The notes beneath the pieces are model-generated. The model did not search any database, was not told the DNA's origin, and saw only the letters and a program-made list of their open reading frames with translations. A stretch of 64,000 nt of DNA from Escherichia coli phage NG_S8, in the sequence record LC788711.1. One strand, written 5' to 3'. The translations under genes and the position numbers were made by a program. Below are positions 19,119 to 26,913 of the stretch, piece after piece; positions within the stretch are counted from its first letter, which is position 1, and every line of letters begins with the position of its first letter.

Positions 19119-19412
19119 TTACATCATTTCGTCTAAGTAAGAGGTATACTGGTATTTAGCTTCTCCAGTTTTATCTACTTCGACTTCTGTTCTAGGTACT
19201 TTTCGTACCAGACCATGAATCATCTTATAGTTAATAGACTTAGATGGTTCGTGATCTTTTGGAAATACTTGTTTAACCGTTACTACTTTGAAGCCTTCAC
19301 GAGGTGTTAGCACAACAACTTGATCACCTTCTTTTATTTTCCAAGACTCAGGAAATTCGTAAGTGTAGCGTTGACCACCCGTTTGGAACACGACAGAAAG
19401 ATAACGTTTCAT
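19119..19412 (-). CDS. hypothetical protein (97 aa)
   Basis: ORF track; promoter upstream. Confidence 0.5.
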   Translation of the reverse strand: MKRYLSVVFQTGGQRYTYEFPESWKIKEGDQVVVLTPREGFKVVTVKQVFPKDHEPSKSINYKMIHGLVRKVPRTEVEVDKTGEAKYQYTSYLDEMM

Positions 19413-19442
19413 TTGGTTTCCCTCTCATTAATTTATATAAAT

Positions 19443-19471
19443 ATTATAACAAGAAATAAGAGAGAAGGCAA
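19443..19471 (-). promoter_or_regulatory. T5-type early promoter
   Basis: attata 19443-19448, aggcaa 19466-19471. Confidence 0.55.
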
Positions 19472-19486
19472 ATGAATTTTTAAATT

Positions 19487-19561
19487 TGGTGCTCCCACCA
19501 GGAATCGAACCCGGTTCAGATGCTTACAAGGCAACTGCATCGCCAGCAATGCTTTAGGAGC
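19487..19561 (-). tRNA. tRNA-Thr (TGT), tentative
   Basis: CCA encoded; T-arm and acceptor pair; loop CTTGTAA; one anticodon-stem mismatch. Confidence 0.55.
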
Positions 19562-19728
19562 AATAAACCCGTTATTTCAACGGAATTTCTTTTTCAAATA
19601 CAGGAGACTTATCAGACATTACTGTCATAGCCAACTGTTGTAAGAATTCGAAGGAGAGTTTTAAACGTTCTTCACCCAACTCAACCTCAACGCACTACAT
19701 TTGTTTATCTACCTTTAGCTTTAGATTA

Positions 19729-19950
19729 TCAGCCATCTTCGGGTTCTCTTTGCTCAGCTATTGCTAGCCAGTCTGGTAAAAGAAACTTAGTACGAAATTC
19801 CTCATATGTTTCTTCTGGATGAAAACTATAGCCTTGCTTTTCATCATTTAATAAAACCGAACCATCTTCTTGCTCATAAGCTCGATATGTTTCACCAATA
19901 ATTAAAACTCGTCTATTAGGGTTTTTATTACGAAACTCAAAAACGTGCAT
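19729..19950 (-). CDS. hypothetical protein (73 aa)
   Basis: ORF track. Confidence 0.4.
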   Translation of the reverse strand: MHVFEFRNKNPNRRVLIIGETYRAYEQEDGSVLLNDEKQGYSFHPEETYEEFRTKFLLPDWLAIAEQREPEDG

Positions 19951-19966
19951 AACGTTTCCTTATATT

Positions 19967-20041
19967 TGGTGCGGGATACGAGAGTCGAACTCGTGTCTAC
20001 TGGTTGGAAGCCAGTTATTCTAGCCACTGAACTAATCACGC
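19967..20041 (-). tRNA. tRNA-Gly (TCC)
   Basis: CCA encoded; T-arm acgag-agtcgaa-ctcgt; loop CTTCCAA. Confidence 0.65.
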
Positions 20042-20047
20042 ATAAAT

Positions 20048-20123
20048 TGGCTGGAGAAGGAGGAATCGAACCTACCATTAACGGAGTCAAAGGCCGTTGT
20101 GCTAACCGTTACACTACTCTCCA
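20048..20123 (-). tRNA. tRNA-Gln (TTG)
   Basis: CCA encoded; loop CTTTGAC. Confidence 0.65.
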
Positions 20124-20129
20124 AGTATT

Positions 20130-20205
20130 TGGCTGGGATGCCACGGATTGAACGTGGAACCTTCGGAGTCAGAGGCCGACGATCTGCCAATTGATCTACA
20201 TCCCA
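20130..20205 (-). tRNA. tRNA-Gln (CTG)
   Basis: CCA encoded; perfect acceptor tgggatg/catccca; loop CTCTGAC. Confidence 0.7.
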
Positions 20206-20212
20206 ATAATTT

Positions 20213-20413
20213 TTATTCTACAGGAACCGTGGCAATTGGATCTGGTTCTTCTAGACGTTTACCATTATGATCAACACGAATAATACCACAACCTTCACAG
20301 ATTACAACAGCACCATAGCCTTCTTTAACTTCGGCTTCTGTAATCAGACCAGAAAGATCACCAGTATCTTTGCCCCACATATCGATAGAGCATTCTTTGC
20401 AGAAATCAGCCAT
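20213..20413 (-). CDS. small Cys-containing protein (66 aa)
   Basis: CKEC...CEGC motif. Confidence 0.4.
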   Translation of the reverse strand: MADFCKECSIDMWGKDTGDLSGLITEAEVKEGYGAVVICEGCGIIRVDHNGKRLEEPDPIATVPVE

Positions 20414-20437
20414 ATTTTAGTTCCTATATAAGTTAAT

Positions 20438-20512
20438 TGGTGCATCCTCAGGGAATCGAACCCCGATCGTAAAGTTCGTAGCTTTACATTCTTTCCATTG
20501 AAATAAGGACGC
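20438..20512 (-). tRNA. tRNA-Arg (ACG)
   Basis: anticodon arm GTAAAG-CTACGAA-CTTTAC. Confidence 0.65.
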
Positions 20513-20518
20513 AATATT

Positions 20519-20595
20519 TGGGGTGGCTAGTGGAATTCGAATCCACATAGGCCTGATTCACAATCAGGATCATTAACCAATTATGATATAGCCAC
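20519..20595 (-). tRNA. tRNA-His (GTG)
   Basis: perfect acceptor gtggcta/tagccac; loop TTGTGAA. Confidence 0.7.
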
Positions 20596-20807
20596 AATTG
20601 AAAACTCGCAGGGTTAGCGAAACCATCCTCAAATAGCATTTTCTAGAATACTAATCAAGTTATCTTCTATTGCACGAAGCTCAAGACGAGTACGAATTTT
20701 CAATTGTGGCGGCTCTCCGAAACTCATCACACTAACAACTAGTTGATTACACCTGGATTCTCGCCCAGGAAATTCTCTAGAAAGGTGCACCGTTACTCTT
20801 TGAGCCA

Positions 20808-20890
20808 TTGAATATCAAGAAGCAGAAGGACTTGAACCTTCACGAGATAGACCATTTATCTCAGCCTCGTTTTCGGGTATCTTATGAGGA
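20808..20890 (-). ncRNA. tRNA-like element (T-arm only, no acceptor partner found)
   Basis: hairpin gaagg-acttgaa-ccttc at 20815-20831; boundaries approximate. Confidence 0.3.
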
Positions 20891-20961
20891 GTGGATGTTC
20901 CCCTTACGCCCTTTAGGAAGCCCCGTCTACCGATTCCGGCATACTTCAAGAATACTAGTTG

Positions 20962-21297
20962 CTAAACATCTTTAGGTTTCCAAAGTCTAGCAAATTTTAA
21001 AACATTTGGCATATCAACAGAACTCATAGGCATAACTACTAAACAGCTAGGTTCTGCATTACAGATAGTGCGCTCAAAACCTACGTAACACTCTAGGGTA
21101 GATATGATCTTTTTAAATTCTTTTTTATTAACCCTAAGAATTACTTTCTTAAAAGAATTATCAAGCCAATCCCCATACCTAGGGTCATCCTGAAACTTAA
21201 TATGAGCGTTTAAAACAGAGTGAGCAACTAGAGTTGGTACCATATAATCGGGTGCTTCATCTAGTACTGCAATATACATTTTAATATAACTACTCAT
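20962..21297 (-). CDS. hypothetical protein (111 aa)
   Basis: ORF track. Confidence 0.45.
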   Translation of the reverse strand: MSSYIKMYIAVLDEAPDYMVPTLVAHSVLNAHIKFQDDPRYGDWLDNSFKKVILRVNKKEFKKIISTLECYVGFERTICNAEPSCLVVMPMSSVDMPNVLKFARLWKPKDV

Positions 21298-21313
21298 ATT
21301 TTTCCTTATTAGT

Positions 21314-21403
21314 TGGAGGAAGGTAATGGAGTCGAACCATCACCATATCGCTACAGCGGGCAGGTTTTCAAGACCTGTTACATACCACTATGTCCTACCT
21401 TCC
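21314..21403 (-). tRNA. tRNA-Ser (TGA), type II
   Basis: long variable arm; anticodon arm CAGGT-CTTGAAA-ACCTG; acceptor ggaaggt/accttcc. Confidence 0.65.
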
Positions 21404-21410
21404 AGTTGTT

Positions 21411-21502
21411 TGGCGGAAGAAGAGAGATTCGAACTCTCAAGCCTGCTTTAACAAGTCAGCCACTTTCCAAGCGGTTTTCGTCACCTATCGATTTGCTCTT
21501 CC
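21411..21502 (-). ncRNA. type II tRNA-like element, cloverleaf not resolved
   Basis: CCA, T-arm gagag-attcgaa-ctctc and acceptor pair present; no D-stem or anticodon stem could be placed. Confidence 0.4.
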
Positions 21503-21666
21503 GTAGATCTCAGGATTAAATCATAAACTTCATTAGCGGATACTGGAAGTATGAGATTATACATCTTTTGGTCATACCTCTGACCATACTCTATAAACAC
21601 ATACTCTTTAGTTAATGTATTAACAGCTAACCAGATATCAGTTATAGGAGTTTTCATCATGAGTTA

Positions 21667-21747
21667 ATCCAATGTTTGGTAGGGATGGAGGGACTCGAAC
21701 CCACACCCGAAGACTAGAACCTAAATCTAGCGCGTCTGCCAATTTCG
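21667..21747 (-). tRNA. tRNA-Leu (TAG)
   Basis: D-arm GCG-loop-CGC; anticodon arm CTAGA-TTTAGGT-TCTAG. Confidence 0.6.
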
Positions 21748-21764
21748 CCACATCCCCATTTTAT

Positions 21765-21983
21765 TTAGTTAGAAATAAATAATAATCCCGCAACAATGGA
21801 ACCTACGCCACTGAATACCATTATCAGCATAGCTTCTAAGCTGATAAAGCGGACAGTATATGGAGCGCCCCAAGAATAATCAGTAAAGAAAGTTTTCTTT
21901 TCTTTAGCTAAATCTTTAACAGTTCTAAAATAGATAGCTAGTGCTAAAGCTGCAAGAACTACAGAGGCTGCTAAGAATACCAT
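21765..21983 (-). CDS. small membrane protein (72 aa)
   Basis: two hydrophobic helices. Confidence 0.4.
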   Translation of the reverse strand: MVFLAASVVLAALALAIYFRTVKDLAKEKKTFFTDYSWGAPYTVRFISLEAMLIMVFSGVGSIVAGLLFISN

Positions 21984-22002
21984 ATTATTTCCTTAATTTG
22001 TT

Positions 22003-22078
22003 TGGTGGAGTCACTCAGAATTGAACTGAGTTCCACTGCTTGCAAGGCAGTAAGTTTAACCAAATAACCTATGACCCC
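22003..22078 (-). tRNA. tRNA-Ala (TGC)
   Basis: G3-U70 pair; anticodon arm ACTGC-CTTGCAA-GCAGT. Confidence 0.7.
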
Positions 22079-22083
22079 GAATT

Positions 22084-22162
22084 TGGTGGAGAATAAGAGA
22101 TTCGAACTCTTCTGATATCCTCGGTGCAAGCGAGGTGTCCACTCCAAGCAGACCCATTCCCC
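22084..22162 (-). tRNA. divergent tRNA-Ala-like (TGC)
   Basis: G3-U70 pair; anticodon arm CCTCG-CTTGCAC-CGAGG; G at position 8 and 7-nt variable loop. Confidence 0.5.
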
Positions 22163-22171
22163 AAAATTTAT

Positions 22172-22435
22172 TTATTCTCTATACATATCGAGAACAGTTG
22201 CTACAATCTGAGCTTCTAGCCTAGCAATATCTTTATTCACTATATCAGATTCTACTACTAAGTGATTATATATTGCTTCAGTTTTAGCAAGATCTACGTC
22301 AGATAGCTTATTAAGACTATTATAATACTTAGCATTATTGCAACGTTTCTTCATATCGGAAACTCGTTTATGAAGTGTTCTTTGTTGATAACGTTGCGAC
22401 ATTAGTTTCTTAGCCATATCTTTCAGATCAAACAT
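22172..22435 (-). CDS. hypothetical coiled-coil protein (87 aa)
   Basis: ORF track. Confidence 0.4.
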   Translation of the reverse strand: MFDLKDMAKKLMSQRYQQRTLHKRVSDMKKRCNNAKYYNSLNKLSDVDLAKTEAIYNHLVVESDIVNKDIARLEAQIVATVLDMYRE

Positions 22436-22700
22436 AGATATTCCTTCTAGTTTACTAAGGCTATTAGCTCGGTGTGCGTATTACCCTCAGACATTAGCCA
22501 GTAGAGGATAACCGCTCTTCACAAACCCGATACACTATTCAGTTGCCGCTGAATCTAGTGGACTAATCTAGAACTTCTTGCAAAGTATCCCCCGCCATTA
22601 GGGGTCTAATTGCAGTTGTGCTTTTTGGCAGCCAGTCCTAGGTCGAGCTAATACCTTAGTGAACTTTGATGAGGATTTCTCCTCATCAATTTATATAAAT

Positions 22701-22729
22701 ATTATAACAAGAAATTAAGCATCAAGCAA
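22701..22729 (-). promoter_or_regulatory. T5-type early promoter with hairpin-sequestered RBS-like leader
   Basis: attata 22701-22706, aagcaa 22724-22729; leader forms 8-bp hairpin gatgagga/tcctcatc. Confidence 0.55.
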
Positions 22730-23081
22730 GTACATTTTTAGCGATTTCTTGTAGTTCCTTAACGTCGCTAACGAAAAGGTAATCAGAGCTTCCAGAGTGC
22801 ATACTCTGCATAACCACACCATCCTCTGGTGCATCTTCCTTCAAAGTAAGTCCTAACCAGAACTCGGCAAAACTAGGTGTTACCTCACCTTGACTTGCCT
22901 TGAACACATCGCCTTCTGTGATCTCTTGACCAGTGGAGAGTCCCATGTACGGTACGTTCAGATCAATATCTTTGTAGAACTCAGCTAGATCTTGCTCGAA
23001 ATCCCAACCTTTAGAGATAGCGAACTCCACTGTTACATGACCGAAATAGCCTTGAACCTTGCTTGATAATTGCATTTGCAA
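22722..23081 (-). CDS. hypothetical acidic protein (119 aa)
   Basis: ORF track. Confidence 0.5.
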   Translation of the reverse strand: MQMQLSSKVQGYFGHVTVEFAISKGWDFEQDLAEFYKDIDLNVPYMGLSTGQEITEGDVFKASQGEVTPSFAEFWLGLTLKEDAPEDGVVMQSMHSGSSDYLFVSDVKELQEIAKNVLA

Positions 23082-23100
23082 TTCCTTATTTTGAGTTAAT

Positions 23101-23174
23101 TGGTACTCGGTGATAGAATCGAACTATCGCAACCGTCGTGTAAAGACGGGGTTCTCCCATTAAACTAACCGAGC
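23101..23174 (-). tRNA. tRNA-Val (TAC)
   Basis: CCA encoded; anticodon arm CCGTC-TTTACAC-GACGG. Confidence 0.65.
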
Positions 23175-23308
23175 AAAAGACGTCCTATAATATAGGCTTC
23201 AACTACAAATTCACAGAAACCTGCTAAAAACATACCTATTGTAAAATCGGCAGAGAATACATAGGAATCTTTTATTTTCTGCTTCATTAAGTAAAACCAG
23301 ATAGTCAT
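23165..23308 (-). CDS. small hydrophobic peptide (47 aa), below track threshold
   Basis: ATG overlaps upstream stop; GGAGAG RBS; 3-prime end overlaps tRNA-Val. Confidence 0.35.
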   Translation of the reverse strand: MTIWFYLMKQKIKDSYVFSADFTIGMFLAGFCEFVVEAYIIGRLLLG

Positions 23309-23625
23309 TAAAATCTCTCCATTCTAAAGCCAATGAAGTAAGGTGCATTACATGGAACATGCTTAAGATCTTTAAGAGTAATTTTACGTCCTAAGCGTCG
23401 TTCCATACAAGTGAAACATAGAACAATATCTTTGGGCTGCTCTTTTCTTATCTGATCCCAGACCCAATCTTCAACCATACACATTTCATGGTATTGTTCA
23501 CAGTCTCGACAATAATGACACTGATGTTCTGGTACTTTTTGATTTTTAATACACAGTTCAGTAAAGCGTTTTCCGGCTCTGCCAGACATTTCTGATATTG
23601 TTTCTAGAACTTTGTTAATATTCAT
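23308..23625 (-). CDS. Cys-rich zinc-finger-like protein (105 aa)
   Basis: CHYCRDC...C motifs. Confidence 0.5.
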   Translation of the reverse strand: MNINKVLETISEMSGRAGKRFTELCIKNQKVPEHQCHYCRDCEQYHEMCMVEDWVWDQIRKEQPKDIVLCFTCMERRLGRKITLKDLKHVPCNAPYFIGFRMERF

Positions 23626-23642
23626 AACAAATTCCTTTAAAT

Positions 23643-23721
23643 TGGTAGACCGCCTGGGACTCGAACCCAGAACCTTCCGGTTAAAAGCCGGGTGCTGCTA
23701 AACCAATTGAGCTAGCGATCT
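23643..23721 (-). tRNA. tRNA-Lys (TTT), divergent D-arm
   Basis: CCA encoded; anticodon loop CTTTTAA; D-stem poorly paired. Confidence 0.6.
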
Positions 23722-23723
23722 AT

Positions 23724-23888
23724 TTAGTACATATATACTTCTTTAATAGAGTAGACTTTTAAGTAAGGATGATTAATACCAAATTCCGCCATCACTTCGT
23801 TTTCATCTTTACCGTAATGAGCTAGTGGATACTTCTTACGATCTTTGCTAGAACGCAGATCACTTACTTTTAAACGAAATAATTTCAT
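23724..23888 (-). CDS. small basic protein (54 aa), below track threshold
   Basis: ATG with AAGGA RBS 7 nt upstream. Confidence 0.4.
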   Translation of the reverse strand: MKLFRLKVSDLRSSKDRKKYPLAHYGKDENEVMAEFGINHPYLKVYSIKEVYMY

Positions 23889-23909
23889 TTCGAAATCCTT
23901 CTATTAAAT

Positions 23910-23987
23910 TGGAAGCGGGTGTAGGAATCGAACCTACCTCTTTCTAGCTTATGAGACTAGCGATCTCTACCAGAGATCTAACCCGCA
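23910..23987 (-). tRNA. tRNA with CAT anticodon (Met type; U1-U72 unpaired)
   Basis: anticodon arm CTAGT-CTCATAA-GCTAG; position 1-72 mismatch. Confidence 0.6.
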
Positions 23988-23993
23988 ATTGTT

Positions 23994-24071
23994 TGGTCTC
24001 CGTGGGAGGATTTGAACCCCCGACCCTACCGCCCCAAACGGAACGCTCTGGCCAAACTGAGCTACACGGAG
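23994..24071 (-). tRNA. tRNA-Pro (TGG)
   Basis: perfect acceptor ctccgtg/cacggag; loop TTTGGGG. Confidence 0.65.
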
Positions 24072-24103
24072 AATATTCTTTGTTAACTCACTTTATAAGA
24101 TAT

Positions 24104-24132
24104 ATTATACAGAGAATTAAGTGAAATAGCAA
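24104..24132 (-). promoter_or_regulatory. T5-type early promoter driving a tRNA operon
   Basis: attata 24104-24109, tagcaa 24127-24132; no ORF follows, tRNA-Pro starts about 30 nt downstream. Confidence 0.55.
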
Positions 24133-24382
24133 ATGAGTTTTTAATAAATTTACTTATTGTGTAGGCCACCTCACGCTTCAAACGCTCTGCTGACAAAGAA
24201 GTTTGCGAGACTTCTCTTAAATGCCAGAATAGATCCGCCGATCTATCGGAACCTACTCAATAAGTAAACTTTCGTTTACCTACACCTACCTGGTCGGGAG
24301 GATTTTCAGCGACTAGAACCGGCCGGAAACTCATCGCCTTGTTTATCTAGGATCCGTTCTCTAGGAAGCAGAAACCTAAATT

Positions 24383-24456
24383 TGGTGCGGTCGGAGGGAA
24401 TCGAACCCTCAACTTCTGGTTGGCAACCAAAAATTATACCTTTTAACTACGAACGC
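24383..24456 (-). tRNA. tRNA-Gly (GCC)
   Basis: CCA encoded; anticodon arm TTTGG-TTGCCAA-CCAGA. Confidence 0.6.
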
Positions 24457-24465
24457 ATAATAAGT

Positions 24466-24587
24466 CAATCTAGGCAGGACTTGAACCTGCTATCACTTGT
24501 GCGGATTTACGAGAACCATTCTTTCACTCGAATCGAACGAGCTTCTACCCTCGGCAAGCTGGTGTCCCCTCTCCACCACGCTAGAAT
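24466..24587 (-). ncRNA. atypical 122-nt tRNA-like element with two T-arm hairpins
   Basis: T-arms at 24474-24490 and 24526-24542; outer acceptor aatctag/ctagaat pairs 6 of 7. Confidence 0.4.
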
Positions 24588-24654
24588 GTTTGATAAAGAG
24601 TCCGGTGTAGCAATCCGTAAGGGTGCACCTACTGTAGCCTTTACTCTTTAAATT

Positions 24655-24730
24655 TGGTACACCCACTAGGACTTGAACCTAGAACCCTCCGCTTAAGAGG
24701 CGGTAGCTCTAACCATTGAGCTATGGATGT
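24655..24730 (-). tRNA. tRNA-Lys (CTT)
   Basis: D-arm GCTC/GAGC; anticodon loop CTCTTAA. Confidence 0.65.
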
Positions 24731-24736
24731 ATTATT

Positions 24737-24813
24737 TGGCGCGACCGATGGGATTCGAACCCACATTCTCTCCCGTGACAGGGAAGTACCATTACCAAGC
24801 CAGCCCCGATCGC
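24737..24813 (-). tRNA. tRNA-Asp (GTC)
   Basis: anticodon arm CTTCC-CTGTCAC-GGGAG. Confidence 0.6.
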
Positions 24814-24822
24814 ATAATTTGT

Positions 24823-25008
24823 TTACTCAGCTTTGAGTTTTTCGATAGCTTCCTCAACCTCTTTTAGAGCTTCACGACGTGCATTCTGTTGCTGCATATC
24901 TTGAATTAATGTCAGTTTTTGGTTTTCAATTTCTTGATCCCAAACCTTAATATTATTAATCAGACTATCACGATCAGCTTCTAGTCGAGCAATTGCACGA
25001 GTTGTCAT
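24823..25008 (-). CDS. small coiled-coil protein (61 aa)
   Basis: ORF track. Confidence 0.4.
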   Translation of the reverse strand: MTTRAIARLEADRDSLINNIKVWDQEIENQKLTLIQDMQQQNARREALKEVEEAIEKLKAE

Positions 25009-25111
25009 ATCTATTTCCTCAGTTGTTAATGAAAAATGGTATCTGTGACTGAATTCAATATCAGTAATGATAGCTGGTTGGCTACCGGTTTACTTAACTC
25101 TACACAGAATA

Positions 25112-25194
25112 TGGCGGGCCGTGTAGGATTCGAACCTACGTTGTCTTTCGACATGGATTAACAGTCCACCGCCAAACCGCTTGGCTAACGACCC
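25112..25194 (-). tRNA. type II tRNA with GTT (Asn) anticodon and G73
   Basis: Ser-like D-arm GCC-AAGCGGTTT-GGC, variable hairpin GTCGAAAGAC, anticodon arm GTGGA-CTGTTAA-TCCAT. Confidence 0.55.
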
Positions 25195-25201
25195 TAAAAT
25201 T

Positions 25202-25277
25202 TGGACGACCGCATGAGATTCGAACTCACATAAGGAGGTTTTGCAGGCCTCCGCCTAAGCCATTCAGCCAACGGTCG
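25202..25277 (-). tRNA. tRNA-Cys (GCA)
   Basis: anticodon loop CTGCAAA. Confidence 0.6.
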
Positions 25278-25455
25278 ATTTATCTTGCTTTTCGAGATTA
25301 GTAAACTCTAGATCTTTAGAATGTCCTATAGATCTAGCATAATAGCCATCTCCAGCATCATAGCCTGACTTACCACACTCACACATCTTAAACTCTCTAT
25401 AACGAGTGAAAATATGTTCAGAACCACAACACTTAAATTTAACTAACATTTTCAT
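25264..25455 (-). CDS. small zinc-ribbon-like protein (63 aa)
   Basis: CCGSEH...CECGKSG motif. Confidence 0.4.
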   Translation of the reverse strand: MKMLVKFKCCGSEHIFTRYREFKMCECGKSGYDAGDGYYARSIGHSKDLEFTNLEKQDKSTVG

Positions 25456-25694
25456 TTAACACGCTCCGGTAAATCTTCGAGTTTATATTGAGTAGCCACA
25501 TTAGCAGCATCTAGTAACAAACCCATATGTTTAAGAATTCTAGTGATAGCCTCGCCTTCTGCTTCTTCTACAAAGCAACGTAGTTGCATGAAGTCAATAC
25601 CACCATCCATACCAGAGAAAATGTTAAGTAAGCGAAGCATTACCAGCTTACGTTCTTTCAATTCTTGTTCTGTCATGTTGCTTCTCCAGTTCAA
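25452..25694 (-). CDS. hypothetical protein (80 aa)
   Basis: ORF track. Confidence 0.45.
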   Translation of the reverse strand: MNWRSNMTEQELKERKLVMLRLLNIFSGMDGGIDFMQLRCFVEEAEGEAITRILKHMGLLLDAANVATQYKLEDLPERVK

Positions 25695-25705
25695 TTTATG
25701 TAATA

Positions 25706-25734
25706 ATTATACAGAACTTTAAGCGGTTAAGCAA
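25706..25734 (-). promoter_or_regulatory. T5-type early promoter
   Basis: attata 25706-25711, aagcaa 25729-25734. Confidence 0.6.
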
Positions 25735-25999
25735 CTACATTTTTCAGAAATATGATGCCTTTCTTTTTCTTCTTATACTTCCACGTTAACGGATTCTGTC
25801 GATTATGAACGCTTGAGATCTTTGTCTCGTCAAAGTTCTTCAATACCATGTAATCACAAGCCAACTGCTCTAGTGGAATGGTTTCTCCGTCAAAAGCATA
25901 AACATAAGGCTGTTGACTGGCACGATAATGATAGACTTTGTTAATTCTGCGTTTTAATGACTTATCCGCACAATAAATAAAGAAGTTTTCAGGATGCAT
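25727..25999 (-). CDS. hypothetical protein (about 90 aa; ATG 25999 preferred)
   Basis: AAGGAG RBS 6 nt upstream of ATG at 25997-25999; track ORF uses TTG at 26014. Confidence 0.45.
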   Translation of the reverse strand: MHPENFFIYCADKSLKRRINKVYHYRASQQPYVYAFDGETIPLEQLACDYMVLKNFDETKISSVHNRQNPLTWKYKKKKKGIIFLKNVVA

Positions 26000-26016
26000 C
26001 AGCATCTCCTTCAAAT

Positions 26017-26091
26017 TGGTGCACCCCGTTGGTAACGATCCAACCTCTCAAGCTCTTCAGGCAAGCGCTAATCCATCTCAGCTAAAGGTGC
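26017..26091 (-). tRNA. divergent tRNA, possibly Phe (GAA)
   Basis: CCA, acceptor and D-arm pair; T-loop ATCGTTA atypical; loop CTGAAGA with weak stem. Confidence 0.4.
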
Positions 26092-26097
26092 AAATAT

Positions 26098-26176
26098 TGG
26101 CAAACCTACTAGGACTCGAACCTAGACCGTACGGTTTTGGAGACCGACATGCTGTCCAGTAACACTCTAGGAATGC
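26098..26176 (-). tRNA. tRNA-Trp (CCA) candidate with weak acceptor stem
   Basis: CCA encoded; T-arm ctagg-actcgaa-cctag; anticodon arm TCGGT-CTCCAAA-ACCGT. Confidence 0.45.
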
Positions 26177-26182
26177 AGAAAT

Positions 26183-26259
26183 TGGCGTCCTGTGCGGGGA
26201 TCGAACCCGCAAATCCTACCTTGAAAGGGTAGTGACTTTACCAGTTTGTCTAACAGGAC
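26183..26259 (-). tRNA. tRNA-Glu (TTC)
   Basis: perfect acceptor gtcctgt/acaggac; anticodon arm CTACC-CTTTCAA-GGTAG. Confidence 0.7.
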
Positions 26260-26266
26260 TTAAATT

Positions 26267-26357
26267 TGGTGTTGGATGATGGAGTCGAACCACCCGAGAC
26301 CCTTCCGAGTCGGCAGATTTACAGTCTGCTTCGCTACCTCTACGATACTAATCCAAC
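26267..26357 (-). tRNA. tRNA-Tyr (GTA), type II
   Basis: anticodon arm GCAGA-CTGTAAA-TCTGC; long variable arm; perfect acceptor. Confidence 0.7.
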
Positions 26358-26482
26358 ATATTTGAATGAAAAGTAAGTCGGTTAAACTCAAGGTGGAATA
26401 TTTCAGGATTTCCTGACTTTACCCCTAAAAGCAACTCGCTTAGTTACTTCTCATTCAGATATGTTTTCCAAATTAGATAACT

Positions 26483-26511
26483 ATTATATCAAGTTTTGAA
26501 GGACTGAGCAA
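26483..26511 (-). promoter_or_regulatory. T5-type early promoter driving a tRNA operon
   Basis: attata 26483-26488, gagcaa 26506-26511. Confidence 0.55.
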
Positions 26512-26547
26512 GTCAAATTTTAAAGAACTTGCTCAGTGCTATATCAG

Positions 26548-26823
26548 TTACTCGAAGCTAGGAGTGACACTCAGTTTGAATGGAAGCTCGAACACTTCTT
26601 CATAATCATCATTGAGCGTAATTACACGACCTTCTAGCTTAGTCATGGTGATTTCGATATCAGCCTTTGCATCAGGAGCCATACCAGCTTCCACACATTT
26701 AGCTTTGACTTCCGGCAGAAGTTCTACATCGTAGAAATAAAGCCATTCAATCTCACCTTCCCAGCCACCCCAGGATTTACAAACAGCACTTTCAACACCA
26801 GTTGCAGTAACACGTTTTGACAT
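26548..26823 (-). CDS. hypothetical protein (91 aa)
   Basis: ORF track. Confidence 0.45.
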   Translation of the reverse strand: MSKRVTATGVESAVCKSWGGWEGEIEWLYFYDVELLPEVKAKCVEAGMAPDAKADIEITMTKLEGRVITLNDDYEEVFELPFKLSVTPSFE

Positions 26824-26853
26824 TCGTTAACTCCTTCATCAATTTATATAACT

Positions 26854-26884
26854 ATTATAGCAGAAATCTTAAGTAAAAAGCAAG
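26854..26884 (-). promoter_or_regulatory. T5-type early promoter (18-bp spacer)
   Basis: attata 26854-26859, aagcaa 26879-26884. Confidence 0.55.
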
Positions 26885-26913
26885 TACATTTTTAAAATTT
26901 CTGCTTGGAGGAG

